DNA of 32,000 nt from Crocosphaera subtropica ATCC 51142 (GTDB lineage: Bacteria > Cyanobacteriota > Cyanobacteriia > Cyanobacteriales > Microcystaceae): positions 4,860,001-4,892,000 of the forward strand of contig NC_010546.1 in assembly GCF_000017845.1 (NCBI RefSeq), read 5' to 3'. Made by a program: the position numbers and the translations under genes. Under the pieces are notes generated by a model. That model worked only from the letters and a program-made list of their open reading frames with translations, did not search any database and was not told the DNA's origin. Shown here one piece after another: positions 16,111 through 24,893 of the stretch (positions are counted from its first letter, which is position 1; each line of letters begins with the position of its first letter).

Positions 16111-16859
16111 TTCAGCTGGTTGTAATTCAGGAGAATAGGATGGTAAAAATTCTAGATGTATGCCTTCAGGAATTTTTAATGATTTACTCGTATGCCATCT
16201 CGCCCCATCCAAAACTAACAACACCTCCTTATTTTTTCCAATTTCAAAATGTTGAGCAAAATCAGCTAAAACTTGGCTAAATACTTCATGATTAACTAAT
16301 GGCATTAACCACCAATAAGTTTCTCCTGATTCTGGGTTCACGAAACCATAAAGCCAAACCCATTTATATTGCCACTTAATTTTTGCTGTTGGCACATCTG
16401 ACCAACTTACCCAGATTCTTCTATAAATTGGCTTTAATCCAATTCTATGTTCATCTTCTGTCCATAATTCTACTTTCTTCTCTGGATATTTTTCTTGTAT
16501 TTCTTTTACCCTAAAGGCGAGTTTTTTTTCCACTCTTCTTGCTCAATTAAATCGGCTTTTTGGTTTTCAGGACGGGGTATTCTTAAGCGGTATTCCATTG
16601 CTTTCAAATATTCCCAACCTCTTTGTGGCCAGACTCGGTATCCTAAAACTTCACTCATCCAATCTGCTACTTTTCTTCCATTCCATAATCCTCCATCTGG
16701 GGCTGGCCCTTGAATCACTTGTAGGAGTTGTGCTATCTGGACTTCATCTAATAATGGTTCTTTTCCTGGATTATTTTCTCTATGATCCCCTAATCCTTCA
16801 ATTCCTGAATGATTATAACGTCTGGCTAATTCTCTCACCCAGTACACTGTATATCCTGT

Positions 16860-16891
16860 GGCGGTCTCGCCCTTGGCGAGTGCGGCTGCAC
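16860..16891. repeat. 32-nt GC-rich hairpin mini-insertion inside the transposase gene
   Basis: The sequence is ggcggtctcgcccttggcgagtgcggctgcac. A 6-bp stem pairs ctcgcc with ggcgag around loop ctt. Deleting exactly these 32 nt joins ...KKTEEVA to TGYTVYWVRELA... in frame. Confidence 0.7.
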
Positions 16892-17102
16892 CGCTACTTC
16901 TTCTGTTTTTTTTCCACTAGCTAATAGCCAGATTATCTGATACTGACTTCTAGTTACTGGATTTTTTGCCTCTCGATATCTAGCTTGTAATTCAGATACA
17001 CTCAGGTGTTCGGCTATCTCAATTCTTTTTGGCATCTGGAGGGCGATCGCTTATTAACTCTACCCTCTTATTATACATTAACTTTTCAAACGGATTTCAT
17101 AT

Positions 17103-17312
17103 GAGTTCGGGATAAGGTTAAAGGCTAATTCTATCCTTGTCTGAACAACTGCCGTGGGACGACGGTTGGGTCACATCCGCAATAATGCTCTAATACCAAA
17201 TCCGCAAACAAAAACCGACTTATAGATTTCTCTCTCCCTACTCCTGCGCTCCCTGCTTTTACAAAAGAGGGTTATGGCAATCGGATTTAGTATAACTCCG
17301 AACTCCGAACTC
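17103..17312. repeat. Composite repeat bounded by GAGTTCGG ... CCGAACTC, with a diverged IS630-type MITE-like core at about 17197-17289
   Basis: The same end motifs occur at 961-1080, and CGAACTCAGGTT follows both. The inner segment is bounded by caaatccg (17197-17204) and cggattt (17282-17288). It contains ctccctgctt, resembling the MITE core. CTCCGAA is tandemly duplicated at 17296-17309. Confidence 0.4.
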
Positions 17313-17472
17313 AGGTTACTTACCTATGGGAAATTCTTATAAAAAGATAATATTTTATCAAAACACTGTATATGAGGGACAATCCTCTGTACGATGAGGA
17401 AAATTCCGTTTATTATATGAATAGAGAACCAGTATAAACACCTAAACAGAAAGTTGAGCTTAATTCTAAGCA

Positions 17473-18357
17473 ATGCCCAACGATACTTGCCATGTTTTAT
17501 TAATAGAAGATAAATTAGAGAATATTGAGTTATTACAAGATTTATTGTCTCGCAGTGAACACAGTTCTCTAGCTAAGGGTTTAACTTTTCCCATTACTTC
17601 CGCCACAACTTTAACCGAGAGTTTAAAATCCCTAGAAGCTCAGAAATTTGATGTAATTTTACTGGATTTAGATTTACCAGATAGTCAAGGATTGGATACC
17701 TTAATAAAACTAAGAGGAAAAGCAGCAAATATTCCCATTATTGTAGAAATGGATGAACAACGTGAAGGCAAAGTTGTCGAATCTTTTCAATTGGGTGCTG
17801 ATGGTTACTTACAAATAAAAACCCTTGATAGTAATCTCTTAATTCATGAGATTCGCTTAAGTATTGAACGGCAAAAATACCGTGCTAAAATCAATAAACA
17901 GCAGGAAGAAATGCGTCAGGCGCAAGAATTTGCCGATCTCGATGATCTCATTAAAGCGAGTCGGGAAACCAGTGTAACAGCACGATTATTTGGAGCTTAT
18001 CCTCTCAAAGAGAGCTTACCCGATGTCTTTATGGAATTAACAGAAGCGTATGGTAAGTTATTAGAATTATCTTTAGAACAACGAATGTTTAAAGTAGATT
18101 ATAATATCTCTGAGCAACTACGAATCTTAGGCGATAAATTAGGCTTTCTGAAAGCGAGTCCTAGAGATGCTATTGAAATTCACACAAAAGTTTTAAAGGA
18201 AAAAAGTCAAGATGTTACTGTGGCTAAAGCCCAAGCCTATGTTGCGGAAGGAAGACTGATGATTTTAGAATTAATGGGGTATTTAGCTTCATTTTATCGT
18301 AAATACTATATCGGTCTTAGTAACATTAACCTATCGATCCGAAAAGATTATCCGTGA
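17473..18357 (+). CDS. kaiA3: Chimeric KaiA-like protein (KaiA3 type): N-terminal response-regulator receiver domain plus C-terminal KaiA-like domain
   Basis: The receiver-like N-terminus includes HVLLIEDK and DVILLDLDLPDSQGLD. The C-terminus aligns by eye with the KaiC-binding domain of S. elongatus KaiA (AIEIHTKVLKE vs VVEIHMELMDE; EGRLMILELMGYLASFYRK vs DYRLTLIDVIAHLCEMYRR). The gene lies immediately upstream of kaiB and kaiC. Confidence 0.75.
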   Translation: MPNDTCHVLLIEDKLENIELLQDLLSRSEHSSLAKGLTFPITSATTLTESLKSLEAQKFDVILLDLDLPDSQGLDTLIKLRGKAANIPIIVEMDEQREGKVVESFQLGADGYLQIKTLDSNLLIHEIRLSIERQKYRAKINKQQEEMRQAQEFADLDDLIKASRETSVTARLFGAYPLKESLPDVFMELTEAYGKLLELSLEQRMFKVDYNISEQLRILGDKLGFLKASPRDAIEIHTKVLKEKSQDVTVAKAQAYVAEGRLMILELMGYLASFYRKYYIGLSNINLSIRKDYP

Positions 18358-18362
18358 ACTTT

Positions 18363-18647
18363 ATGAATAAATATCTACTCAAGCTATATATTACAGGGAA
18401 TACTGTCAACTCTCAAAGAGCGATCGCCAATCTCTTTCGTATCTGTCACGAAGAGTTACAAGATCAATATACCGTAGAAATTATCGATGTTCTCGAACAA
18501 CCGCAACAGGCCGAACGAGAAAAAATTTTAGTCACCCCCACCCTGATTAAACAGTTACCTCCACCCCTACAACGTATCATTGGAGATATGTCTAACACCC
18601 AAAAAGTTCTCTTAGGATTAGATTTAGTTTCCCAAAATAAAAATTAA
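18363..18647 (+). CDS. kaiB: Circadian clock protein KaiB (KaiB3-like by context)
   Basis: The sequence YLLKLYITGNTVNSQRAI...IIDVLEQPQQAEREKILVTPTLIK.LPPPLQRIIGDMS...KVLLGLDL carries the KaiB signature. An alternative GTG start at 18354 overlaps the kaiA3 stop (GTGA). Confidence 0.92.
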   Translation: MNKYLLKLYITGNTVNSQRAIANLFRICHEELQDQYTVEIIDVLEQPQQAEREKILVTPTLIKQLPPPLQRIIGDMSNTQKVLLGLDLVSQNKN

Positions 18648-18728
18648 CTAAGGTTTCTTGGCAATAGGAAAAGAAACAGGCAAAATAAACAATGAACAAT
18701 TCACCCTCTATTTCCTAAAAAAACACGA

Positions 18729-20243
18729 ATGACTCCAGAAAACGAACTAGACTATATTGAGAAATTAGAAACCGCTATTCCAGGGTTTGATTTTTTGTCA
18801 GAAGGTGGCCTCCCTAAAGGACGGGCTACTTTAGTCGCTGGAACTGCTGGAAGTTCTAAAACGGTTTTTGCTTGTCAGTTTTTAGCCGAAGGAATTAAAC
18901 GAGGGGAAAACGGTGTTTTTGTCACTTTTGAAGAACCACCCAAAGCCTTACGACGAAATATGCGAGGGTTTGGCTGGAATATTGCCCAATGGGAACTGGA
19001 ACGAAAATGGGCTTTTGTCGATGCCTCTCCCCAACCCGGAGAACCGATGATGGTAACGGGAGACTACGATCTCGGTGCGTTGATCGCCCGTATCGAGTTT
19101 GCTATCCGTAAGTATAACGCTCAACGAGTATCGATGGACTCTTTAGGGGCAATTTTTAGCCATTTAAGCGATAGCGCGCAAGTGAGAAGCGATCTCTTTC
19201 GTATGGCTTCGGCGTTACGAGAATTAGGGGTCACAGCCATTATGACGGCCGAAAGAACGGAAGAATATGGGGATATTAGTCGGTTTGGGGTAGAAGAATT
19301 TGTGGCCGATAATGTTGTTATTCTACGCAATGTCTTAGCGGATGAAAAGCGTCGTCGTACCATCGAAATTTTGAAATATCGGGGCACCGATCACCAAAAA
19401 GGCGAATATCCCTTTACCATTGTTCCCCGTCGTGGGGTGGTGATTATTCCTTTATCTGCCATTGAATTAGAACAAAAATCCTCTAATATTCGGATTACCT
19501 CCGGTAGTCACGAGTTAGATAGAATGTGCGGTGGTGGGTTTTTCCGAGATTCGATTATTTTAGTGTCGGGGGCCACCGGAACCGGCAAAACGTTAATGGT
19601 AACAGAATTCATGGCGGGTGGGGTGGTTAATGACGAACGATGTTTAATTTTTGCCTTTGAAGAAAGCCGAGAACAACTATTTCGTAATGCCACCGGTTGG
19701 GGGGTAGATTTTGAAGAAATGGAAAAACAAGGAAAATTAAAAGTGGTCTGTCGTTATCCAGAAACCACAGGGTTAGAAAATCACCTAATCAATATGAAGG
19801 AAACCATCGAAACCTTTAAACCGAATCGGGTGGCAGTAGACAGTTTATCAGCGTTAGAACGGGTTTCTACTTTAAAAGGATTTCGAGAGTTTATTATTGG
19901 TTTAACGTCTTTTATTAAACAGCAAGAAATCGGCGGTTTATTTACCTCAACTACTCCGACTTTATTGGGCGGATCTTCCATTACAGAGGCGCATATTTCT
20001 ACCATTACCGATTCTATTATTTTATTGCGTTACGTCGAAATGTATGGGGAAATGCGCCGTGGTATTACGGTTTTAAAAATGCGGGGTTCGATGCACGATA
20101 AAGATATTCGAGAATTTTCCATTGATAATAAAGGAATGCACATCGGTAAACCTTTCCGCAACGTAACCGGCATTTTATCCGGTTCGCCGATGTATACCGC
20201 ACAAAACGAAGTAGAACGATTAAGTAATTTATTTGAAGAGTAA
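18729..20243 (+). CDS. kaiC: Circadian clock ATPase/autokinase KaiC (KaiC3-like)
   Basis: The RecA-like domain is duplicated. The Walker A motifs are GTAGSSKT (CI) and GATGTGKT (CII). The catalytic EE pairs lie in TFEEPP and AFEESRE. The phosphosite block is TEAHISTITDSIILL. Length is 504 aa. Confidence 0.95.
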   Translation: MTPENELDYIEKLETAIPGFDFLSEGGLPKGRATLVAGTAGSSKTVFACQFLAEGIKRGENGVFVTFEEPPKALRRNMRGFGWNIAQWELERKWAFVDASPQPGEPMMVTGDYDLGALIARIEFAIRKYNAQRVSMDSLGAIFSHLSDSAQVRSDLFRMASALRELGVTAIMTAERTEEYGDISRFGVEEFVADNVVILRNVLADEKRRRTIEILKYRGTDHQKGEYPFTIVPRRGVVIIPLSAIELEQKSSNIRITSGSHELDRMCGGGFFRDSIILVSGATGTGKTLMVTEFMAGGVVNDERCLIFAFEESREQLFRNATGWGVDFEEMEKQGKLKVVCRYPETTGLENHLINMKETIETFKPNRVAVDSLSALERVSTLKGFREFIIGLTSFIKQQEIGGLFTSTTPTLLGGSSITEAHISTITDSIILLRYVEMYGEMRRGITVLKMRGSMHDKDIREFSIDNKGMHIGKPFRNVTGILSGSPMYTAQNEVERLSNLFEE

Positions 20244-20368
20244 AATCCCAAATCTTAATCATTCTCTTTTGTATTGAACTCCTGACTCCCTTAATTTTCC
20301 CTGTTTCCTATCTCAAAAGGCGTTATCCTAAAGAGTAAAGATGACGGTTAAGTGTAAGTGACCACCCT

Positions 20369-21553
20369 ATGTCAAAAATAGAAACTAGAACCGAACCCAT
20401 GGTATTGAACATGGGGCCTCATCATCCCTCAATGCACGGGGTATTACGTTTGATCGTCACGTTAGACGGGGAAGACGTAGTAGACTGTGAACCTGTAATC
20501 GGGTATCTTCATCGAGGGATGGAGAAAATTGCGGAAAATCGCACCAATATCATGTACGTTCCCTATGTGAGTCGTTGGGATTATGCGGCCGGAATGTTCA
20601 ATGAAGCGATTACCGTTAACGCCCCTGAACAATTAGCGGATATTGAAGTTCCCAAACGGGCCCAGTATATTCGGGTGATTATGTTGGAACTGAACCGCAT
20701 TGCTAACCATCTACTGTGGTTAGGCCCCTTTTTAGCAGACGTTGGCGCACAAACTCCCTTTTTCTACATTTTCCGTGAACGGGAAATGATTTACGATCTT
20801 TGGGAAGCAGCCTCCGGAATGCGTTTAATTAATAATAATTACTTCCGTGTGGGTGGGGTAGCGGTAGATTTACCCTACGGTTGGATCGATAAATGTGAAG
20901 ACTTCTGCGATGCGTTTGACCCCAAAGTAGATGAATATGAGAAGTTAATCACTAATAATCCCATTTTCCGCCGTCGTGTCGAAGGAGTAGGAACCATTAC
21001 CCGTGACGAAGCCATTAACTGGGGACTGTCTGGCCCAATGTTACGGGGTTCTGGGGTTCAATGGGATCTGCGAAAAGTAGACCATTACGAATGTTATGAT
21101 GACTTCGACTGGGAAGTTCAATGGGAAACCGCAGGAGACTGTTTTGCCCGTTATCTCGTTCGTATTCGGGAAATGCGCGAATCGGTTAAAATCATTCGTC
21201 AGGCGTTAAAAGGCATTCCAGGGGGTCCCTATGAAAACCTCGAAGCCAAACGCATGATGGAAGGTAAAAAGTCTGAATGGAATGATTTTGAATATCAATA
21301 TATTGCCAAAAAAGTCGCCCCTACTTTTAAAATTCCTGAAGGTGAACATTATGTTCGCATGGAAAGTGGAAAAGGAGAATTAGGGATCTTTATTGTGGGT
21401 AATAATGATGTCTTCCCCTGGCGTTGGAAAATTCGCGCCCCTGACTTTAATAATTTACAAATTCTGCCCCATCTCCTTAAAGGGGTAAAAGTTGCTGATA
21501 TTATGGCAATTTTGGGTAGTATTGATATTATTATGGGTTCTGTTGACCGTTAA
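20369..21553 (+). CDS. ndhH: NAD(P)H-quinone oxidoreductase (NDH-1) subunit H
   Basis: 394 aa. [25 protein letters not shown]...[15 protein letters not shown]...[14 protein letters not shown] matches the NdhH/NuoD family throughout. Confidence 0.97.
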   Translation: MSKIETRTEPMVLNMGPHHPSMHGVLRLIVTLDGEDVVDCEPVIGYLHRGMEKIAENRTNIMYVPYVSRWDYAAGMFNEAITVNAPEQLADIEVPKRAQYIRVIMLELNRIANHLLWLGPFLADVGAQTPFFYIFREREMIYDLWEAASGMRLINNNYFRVGGVAVDLPYGWIDKCEDFCDAFDPKVDEYEKLITNNPIFRRRVEGVGTITRDEAINWGLSGPMLRGSGVQWDLRKVDHYECYDDFDWEVQWETAGDCFARYLVRIREMRESVKIIRQALKGIPGGPYENLEAKRMMEGKKSEWNDFEYQYIAKKVAPTFKIPEGEHYVRMESGKGELGIFIVGNNDVFPWRWKIRAPDFNNLQILPHLLKGVKVADIMAILGSIDIIMGSVDR

Positions 21554-21583
21554 AGGTTTTCTATCCATAATTATTAATTTTTT

Positions 21584-21608
21584 GAGGGGTTTTTCCCCTC
21601 TTTTTTTT
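21584..21608 (+). terminator. Rho-independent terminator of ndhH
   Basis: gagggg (21584-21589) pairs with cccctc (21595-21600) around loop ttttt. T8 follows at 21601-21608. Confidence 0.8.
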
Positions 21609-21775
21609 ACACAATAATAAAAAAAGACATACTCATAGCAGTTTTCATTTGCATAGAATATAAACTTTTTAGCTTTGAGGCAGGAGTTAGATTCCTAGAT
21701 TTTCCACTCAATTGAAAATCGCTGTAAAAATAGAGAAAGAAGACTGTGATTATAACAATCTTCTTTATGTATAAA

Positions 21776-23587
21776 CTATTGAGGATCTAATTTCAACACT
21801 GCCATAAACGCCTCTTGAGGAACGTCTACTGTCCCGATCGCCTTCATGCGTTTCTTACCCTTTGCTTGTTTTTGTAGCAGTTTCTTCTTACGGGAAATAT
21901 CCCCCCCATAACACTTAGCTAACACATCTTTACGCAAAGCCGGAATATGTTCACTGGCGATGACTTTAGAACCGATCGCAGCTTGAATAGGAACCTTAAA
22001 CTGATGACGAGGGATCAACTCTTTTAACTTCTCGGTTAAAGCGCGACCCACATAATAAGCTTTATCACGATGAACAATCATGGCCAAGGCATCCACACTG
22101 TCCCCATTGACCAGAATATCTAATTTTACCAGAGGATTTTCTCGATAACCGATCAATTGATACTCCATACTAGCGTAACCCCGTGATCTTGACTTTAACT
22201 GATCAAAAAAGTCTGTCACCACTTCTGCTAAAGGTAACTCATACACCAAGGAGGTTCTTGAGAGGGTAAAATAACGCATATCCTTAAACACCCCTCGACG
22301 ACTTTGACACAACTCCATCAACGTTCCCACATAGGTTTCTGGGGTGATCATTTCCACTTCAATATAGGGTTCTTCTACCTTTTCCCGTTCTTGGGGAGAG
22401 GGCAGTAAACTGGGGTTATCCACTTGGATCACTTCCCCATCAATAGTAGTGACACGATAAATTACAGAAGGGGCAGTGGTAATTAAATCGAGATCATATT
22501 CCCGTTCTAAGCGTTCTTGAACAATTTCCATGTGGAGTAACCCCAAGAACCCACACCGAAAACCAAACCCCATCGCGCTAGAGGTTTCTGGTTCGTAGGA
22601 AAGGGCTGCATCGTTGAGTTTGAGGCGGTTTAATGCCTCTCGTAAATCTTCGTATTGATCGGCATCCGTGGGGAATAACCCACAAAAGACCATCGGTTTC
22701 GCTTCGGTGTAACCTGGTAAGGGTTCTTTTGCTGGTGCTTCAGCTAAGGTGATAGTATCCCCTACCCTTGCATCTTCAACTGCTTTAATGGCTGCAGCAA
22801 AATAACCCACTTCCCCTGCATGGAGTGATTCTACCTCTATTTGATTGGGAGATAATACCCCTAACTCATCGATTTCGTATTCTTTACCAGAAGCCATTAA
22901 GCGGACGCGATCGCCAGTTTTCACCGTTCCATCCATAACCCGAAAATAAACGATCACACCCCGATAAGGATCGTAATAGCTATCAAAAATCAAAGCCCGC
23001 AACGGCTTATCCACCGTATCACTAGGAGGGGGAACCAAATGCACAATGGATTCTAAAATTTCGTCCACCCCAATTCCTGCTTTGGCTGAAGCTTTAATAA
23101 TTCCCGTACAATCTAACCCCACCACTTCTTCTATTTCATTGGCCACCCGTTCCGGTTCTGATCCAGGGAGGTCAATTTTATTCAAGATTGGGATAATCTC
23201 TAAGTTATTTTCTAAGGCTAAATAGACATTAGCCAGGGTTTGCGCTTCAACCCCTTGAGATGAGTCCACCACCAATAACGCCCCTTCACAAGCAGCTAAG
23301 GAACGGGACACCTCATACGAAAAATCCACATGACCGGGAGTATCAATCAGGTTAAGAACGTAATCTTCCCCATCTTTCGAGCGATAATTCATCCTGGCCG
23401 CTTGGAGTTTGATGGTAATCCCCCGTTCCCGTTCTAAGTCCATATTATCAAGGAACTGCTCTTTCATTTTCCGTTGAGCAACGGTTTCAGTCATTTGTAG
23501 CATTCGATCGGCTAGGGTTGACTTACCATGATCGATATGAGCAATGATACAAAAGTTGCGAATGCGAGAAACAGGAACGTCGGTCAT
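21776..23587 (-). CDS. lepA: Translation elongation factor 4 (LepA)
   Basis: 603 aa. [28 protein letters not shown] and NKIDL are present, along with the LepA-specific C-terminus ([31 protein letters not shown]). Confidence 0.97.
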   Translation of the reverse strand: MTDVPVSRIRNFCIIAHIDHGKSTLADRMLQMTETVAQRKMKEQFLDNMDLERERGITIKLQAARMNYRSKDGEDYVLNLIDTPGHVDFSYEVSRSLAACEGALLVVDSSQGVEAQTLANVYLALENNLEIIPILNKIDLPGSEPERVANEIEEVVGLDCTGIIKASAKAGIGVDEILESIVHLVPPPSDTVDKPLRALIFDSYYDPYRGVIVYFRVMDGTVKTGDRVRLMASGKEYEIDELGVLSPNQIEVESLHAGEVGYFAAAIKAVEDARVGDTITLAEAPAKEPLPGYTEAKPMVFCGLFPTDADQYEDLREALNRLKLNDAALSYEPETSSAMGFGFRCGFLGLLHMEIVQERLEREYDLDLITTAPSVIYRVTTIDGEVIQVDNPSLLPSPQEREKVEEPYIEVEMITPETYVGTLMELCQSRRGVFKDMRYFTLSRTSLVYELPLAEVVTDFFDQLKSRSRGYASMEYQLIGYRENPLVKLDILVNGDSVDALAMIVHRDKAYYVGRALTEKLKELIPRHQFKVPIQAAIGSKVIASEHIPALRKDVLAKCYGGDISRKKKLLQKQAKGKKRMKAIGTVDVPQEAFMAVLKLDPQ

Positions 23588-23677
23588 AAAATCTGTGGGT
23601 GGGGTAAGTTTACAAAAATTACAAAAGTTGGCTTTATGTTTTAGTGTAAGATTTTTTTGTTTTACTTACCACCAATT

Positions 23678-23704
23678 AAGGGGGCATTTAGTCCCCCTTT
23701 TTTT
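23678..23704 (+). terminator. Orphan Rho-independent terminator (no upstream + strand gene)
   Basis: aaggggg (23678-23684) pairs with ccccctt (23693-23699) around loop catttagt. A T-run extends to 23704. The nearest upstream gene, lepA, is on the other strand. Confidence 0.6.
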
Positions 23705-24051
23705 AGGATTGCTGTGCTGTGTGTTTGCGGTAAGCTAGATAAGCTACCATTAATGGTTTTGCGTCCCTCGTCTATGACCATTTTTTCTAATATTATTAGA
23801 GCTACATTTAGGACAGTTCATTTTCCTTTTTTAGTTGGCACACCGCAAAGCGGATCTCTTCGACATCGCTAATCATAAAAAATTATTTTTGATTATAAAT
23901 CATCCTCTAATGGTGCAACGCCAGAAGTAATGCTTTGTTAAGGGATAGGGGATCAATAATTTGCAAAATGCAAAGTTATCTCCTCGAACTGTCAACTATC
24001 CACTACAATAGAAACAATAGATAAGTAAATGTACTATCACAATAAATACTT

Positions 24052-24324
24052 ATGACCAGTGCCAAGTTTCAAAACCCTGTGTCTCTCTCTGGCCGAGAAA
24101 TGCAAATTCTGGATCTCGTTTCAACTGGTTTGACTAATCTCGAAATTGCCCAGAAACTTGAGATTAGTAAACGTACTGTTGATAATCATATCAGCAATAT
24201 CTTAACCAAAACGAAAACAGAAAATCGTGTAGAATTAGTTCGTTGGGCATTACAATGGGGTAAAGTTTGCCTCGATGATGTTAATTGTTGTCTTCTTCCC
24301 CCCAATGGTGAAGTTGCATCCTAA
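24052..24324 (+). CDS. LuxR-family helix-turn-helix protein (DNA-binding domain only)
   Basis: 90 aa. LSGREMQILDLVSTGLTNLEIAQKLEISKRTVDNHISNILTKTKTENRVELVRWALQ is a complete LuxR/GerE-type HTH with no receiver or sensor domain. Confidence 0.85.
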   Translation: MTSAKFQNPVSLSGREMQILDLVSTGLTNLEIAQKLEISKRTVDNHISNILTKTKTENRVELVRWALQWGKVCLDDVNCCLLPPNGEVAS

Positions 24325-24874
24325 AGGGTTTACTGGTTACGTCAAACTTTTAAGTCAGATTATTCTTATGAGTTTAGTTGGGTGTACTAACTCAGGATTT
24401 ATTACCCCTCCCATTCAACCATTAGGAAATAGTTTAAATACGCGATCATCTGAACAATATCCCCGTTTTTCTTACGAGGGTAGATATTTAGTGTTTGCCT
24501 CAGACCGTCAAGGGAAGCGTAGCATTTGGCTATACGATCAAGTCAATGGTCGCTTGTTACCTTTGCCTGGATTAAATCAGCCCGGCACTATCCAAGATCA
24601 ACCTGATATTAGTGCTGACGGACGTTATATCGTTTATGTTTCCGAACAAGAAGGAAAACAAGATATTTTTGTTTACGATCGCCAAACGTCACGGGCTGAT
24701 AATATTACTAAAAATATAATAGGAGAAGTGCGCCATCCCACTATTAGCGGAAATGGTCGCTTAATTGCGTTTGAGTCCAACCGTTTAGGACAATGGGATA
24801 TTATTATTTATGATCGCGGTTTAAATACCCCTTTATCCCTTCCTTCTCAGTCGGATATCGGGAGTCAGGAATAA
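24305..24874 (+). CDS. TolB-like beta-propeller (PD40 repeat) lipoprotein
   Basis: Three PD40-like repeats are present (PRFSYEGRYLVFASDRQGKRSIWLYD, PDISADGRYIVYVSEQEGKQDIFVYD, PTISGNGRLIAFESNRLGQWDIIIYD). A lipobox-like LVGC follows a basic and hydrophobic leader. The start is uncertain: ATG 24305 is preferred, while the track gives 24275. Confidence 0.8.
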   Translation: MVKLHPKGFTGYVKLLSQIILMSLVGCTNSGFITPPIQPLGNSLNTRSSEQYPRFSYEGRYLVFASDRQGKRSIWLYDQVNGRLLPLPGLNQPGTIQDQPDISADGRYIVYVSEQEGKQDIFVYDRQTSRADNITKNIIGEVRHPTISGNGRLIAFESNRLGQWDIIIYDRGLNTPLSLPSQSDIGSQE

Positions 24875-24893
24875 TAATGTAAAGCTTGAAACT

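Larger units (their letters stand above)
15894..17035 (-). pseudogene. IS630-family DDE transposase, disrupted
   Basis: Four pieces reassemble into one approx 350-aa transposase. They are MPKRIE...TEEVA, then TGYTVYWVRELARRYN...EQEEWKK, then KLAFRVKEIQ...LPSYSPELQPAE, then RLWPLTNEPIVNRSFETIEELEEVL...HTCV*. The breaks are a 32-nt insertion, an A8 run needing a -1 shift, and a 49-nt insertion that contains a stop. Candidate DDE residues lie in LWTEDEH, LVLDGARWH and QPAE. Confidence 0.8.
15877..17099 (-). mobile_element. IS630-family insertion sequence (decayed copy), flanked by TA on both sides
   Basis: The terminal inverted repeats are tgaaatccgcttaa (15877-) and the reverse complement of ...ttcaaacggatttca (-17099). 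Flanking TA dinucleotides lie at 15875-15876 and 17100-17101. Total length is 1223 nt, or about 1142 nt without the two mini-insertions, which is typical for IS630. Confidence 0.85.

Noticed and set aside
16077-16924. Plus-strand ORFs 16077-16280, 16495-16713 and 16598-16924 inside the IS630 element.
   Set aside because: They are antisense to the reconstructable transposase frames and have no motifs.
17473-18357. Calling the gene upstream of kaiB a canonical kaiA.
   Set aside because: The N-terminal half is a true receiver-like domain with an acceptor Asp context, and only the C-terminal part resembles KaiA. I annotated it as a KaiA3-type chimera instead.
21736-21766. Hairpin aaagaaga ... 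tcttcttt downstream of lepA as its terminator.
   Set aside because: The 8-bp stem is almost entirely A-T with a 15-nt loop, and the T-tract on the minus strand is interrupted. This is not convincing as an intrinsic terminator.
23544-23872. ORFs 23544-23738 and 23657-23872 in the lepA / LuxR-type intergenic region.
   Set aside because: They have no RBS. Their translations are hydrophobic and low-complexity. The first reads straight through a strong terminator hairpin. The region is better explained as non-coding, with a possible sRNA.
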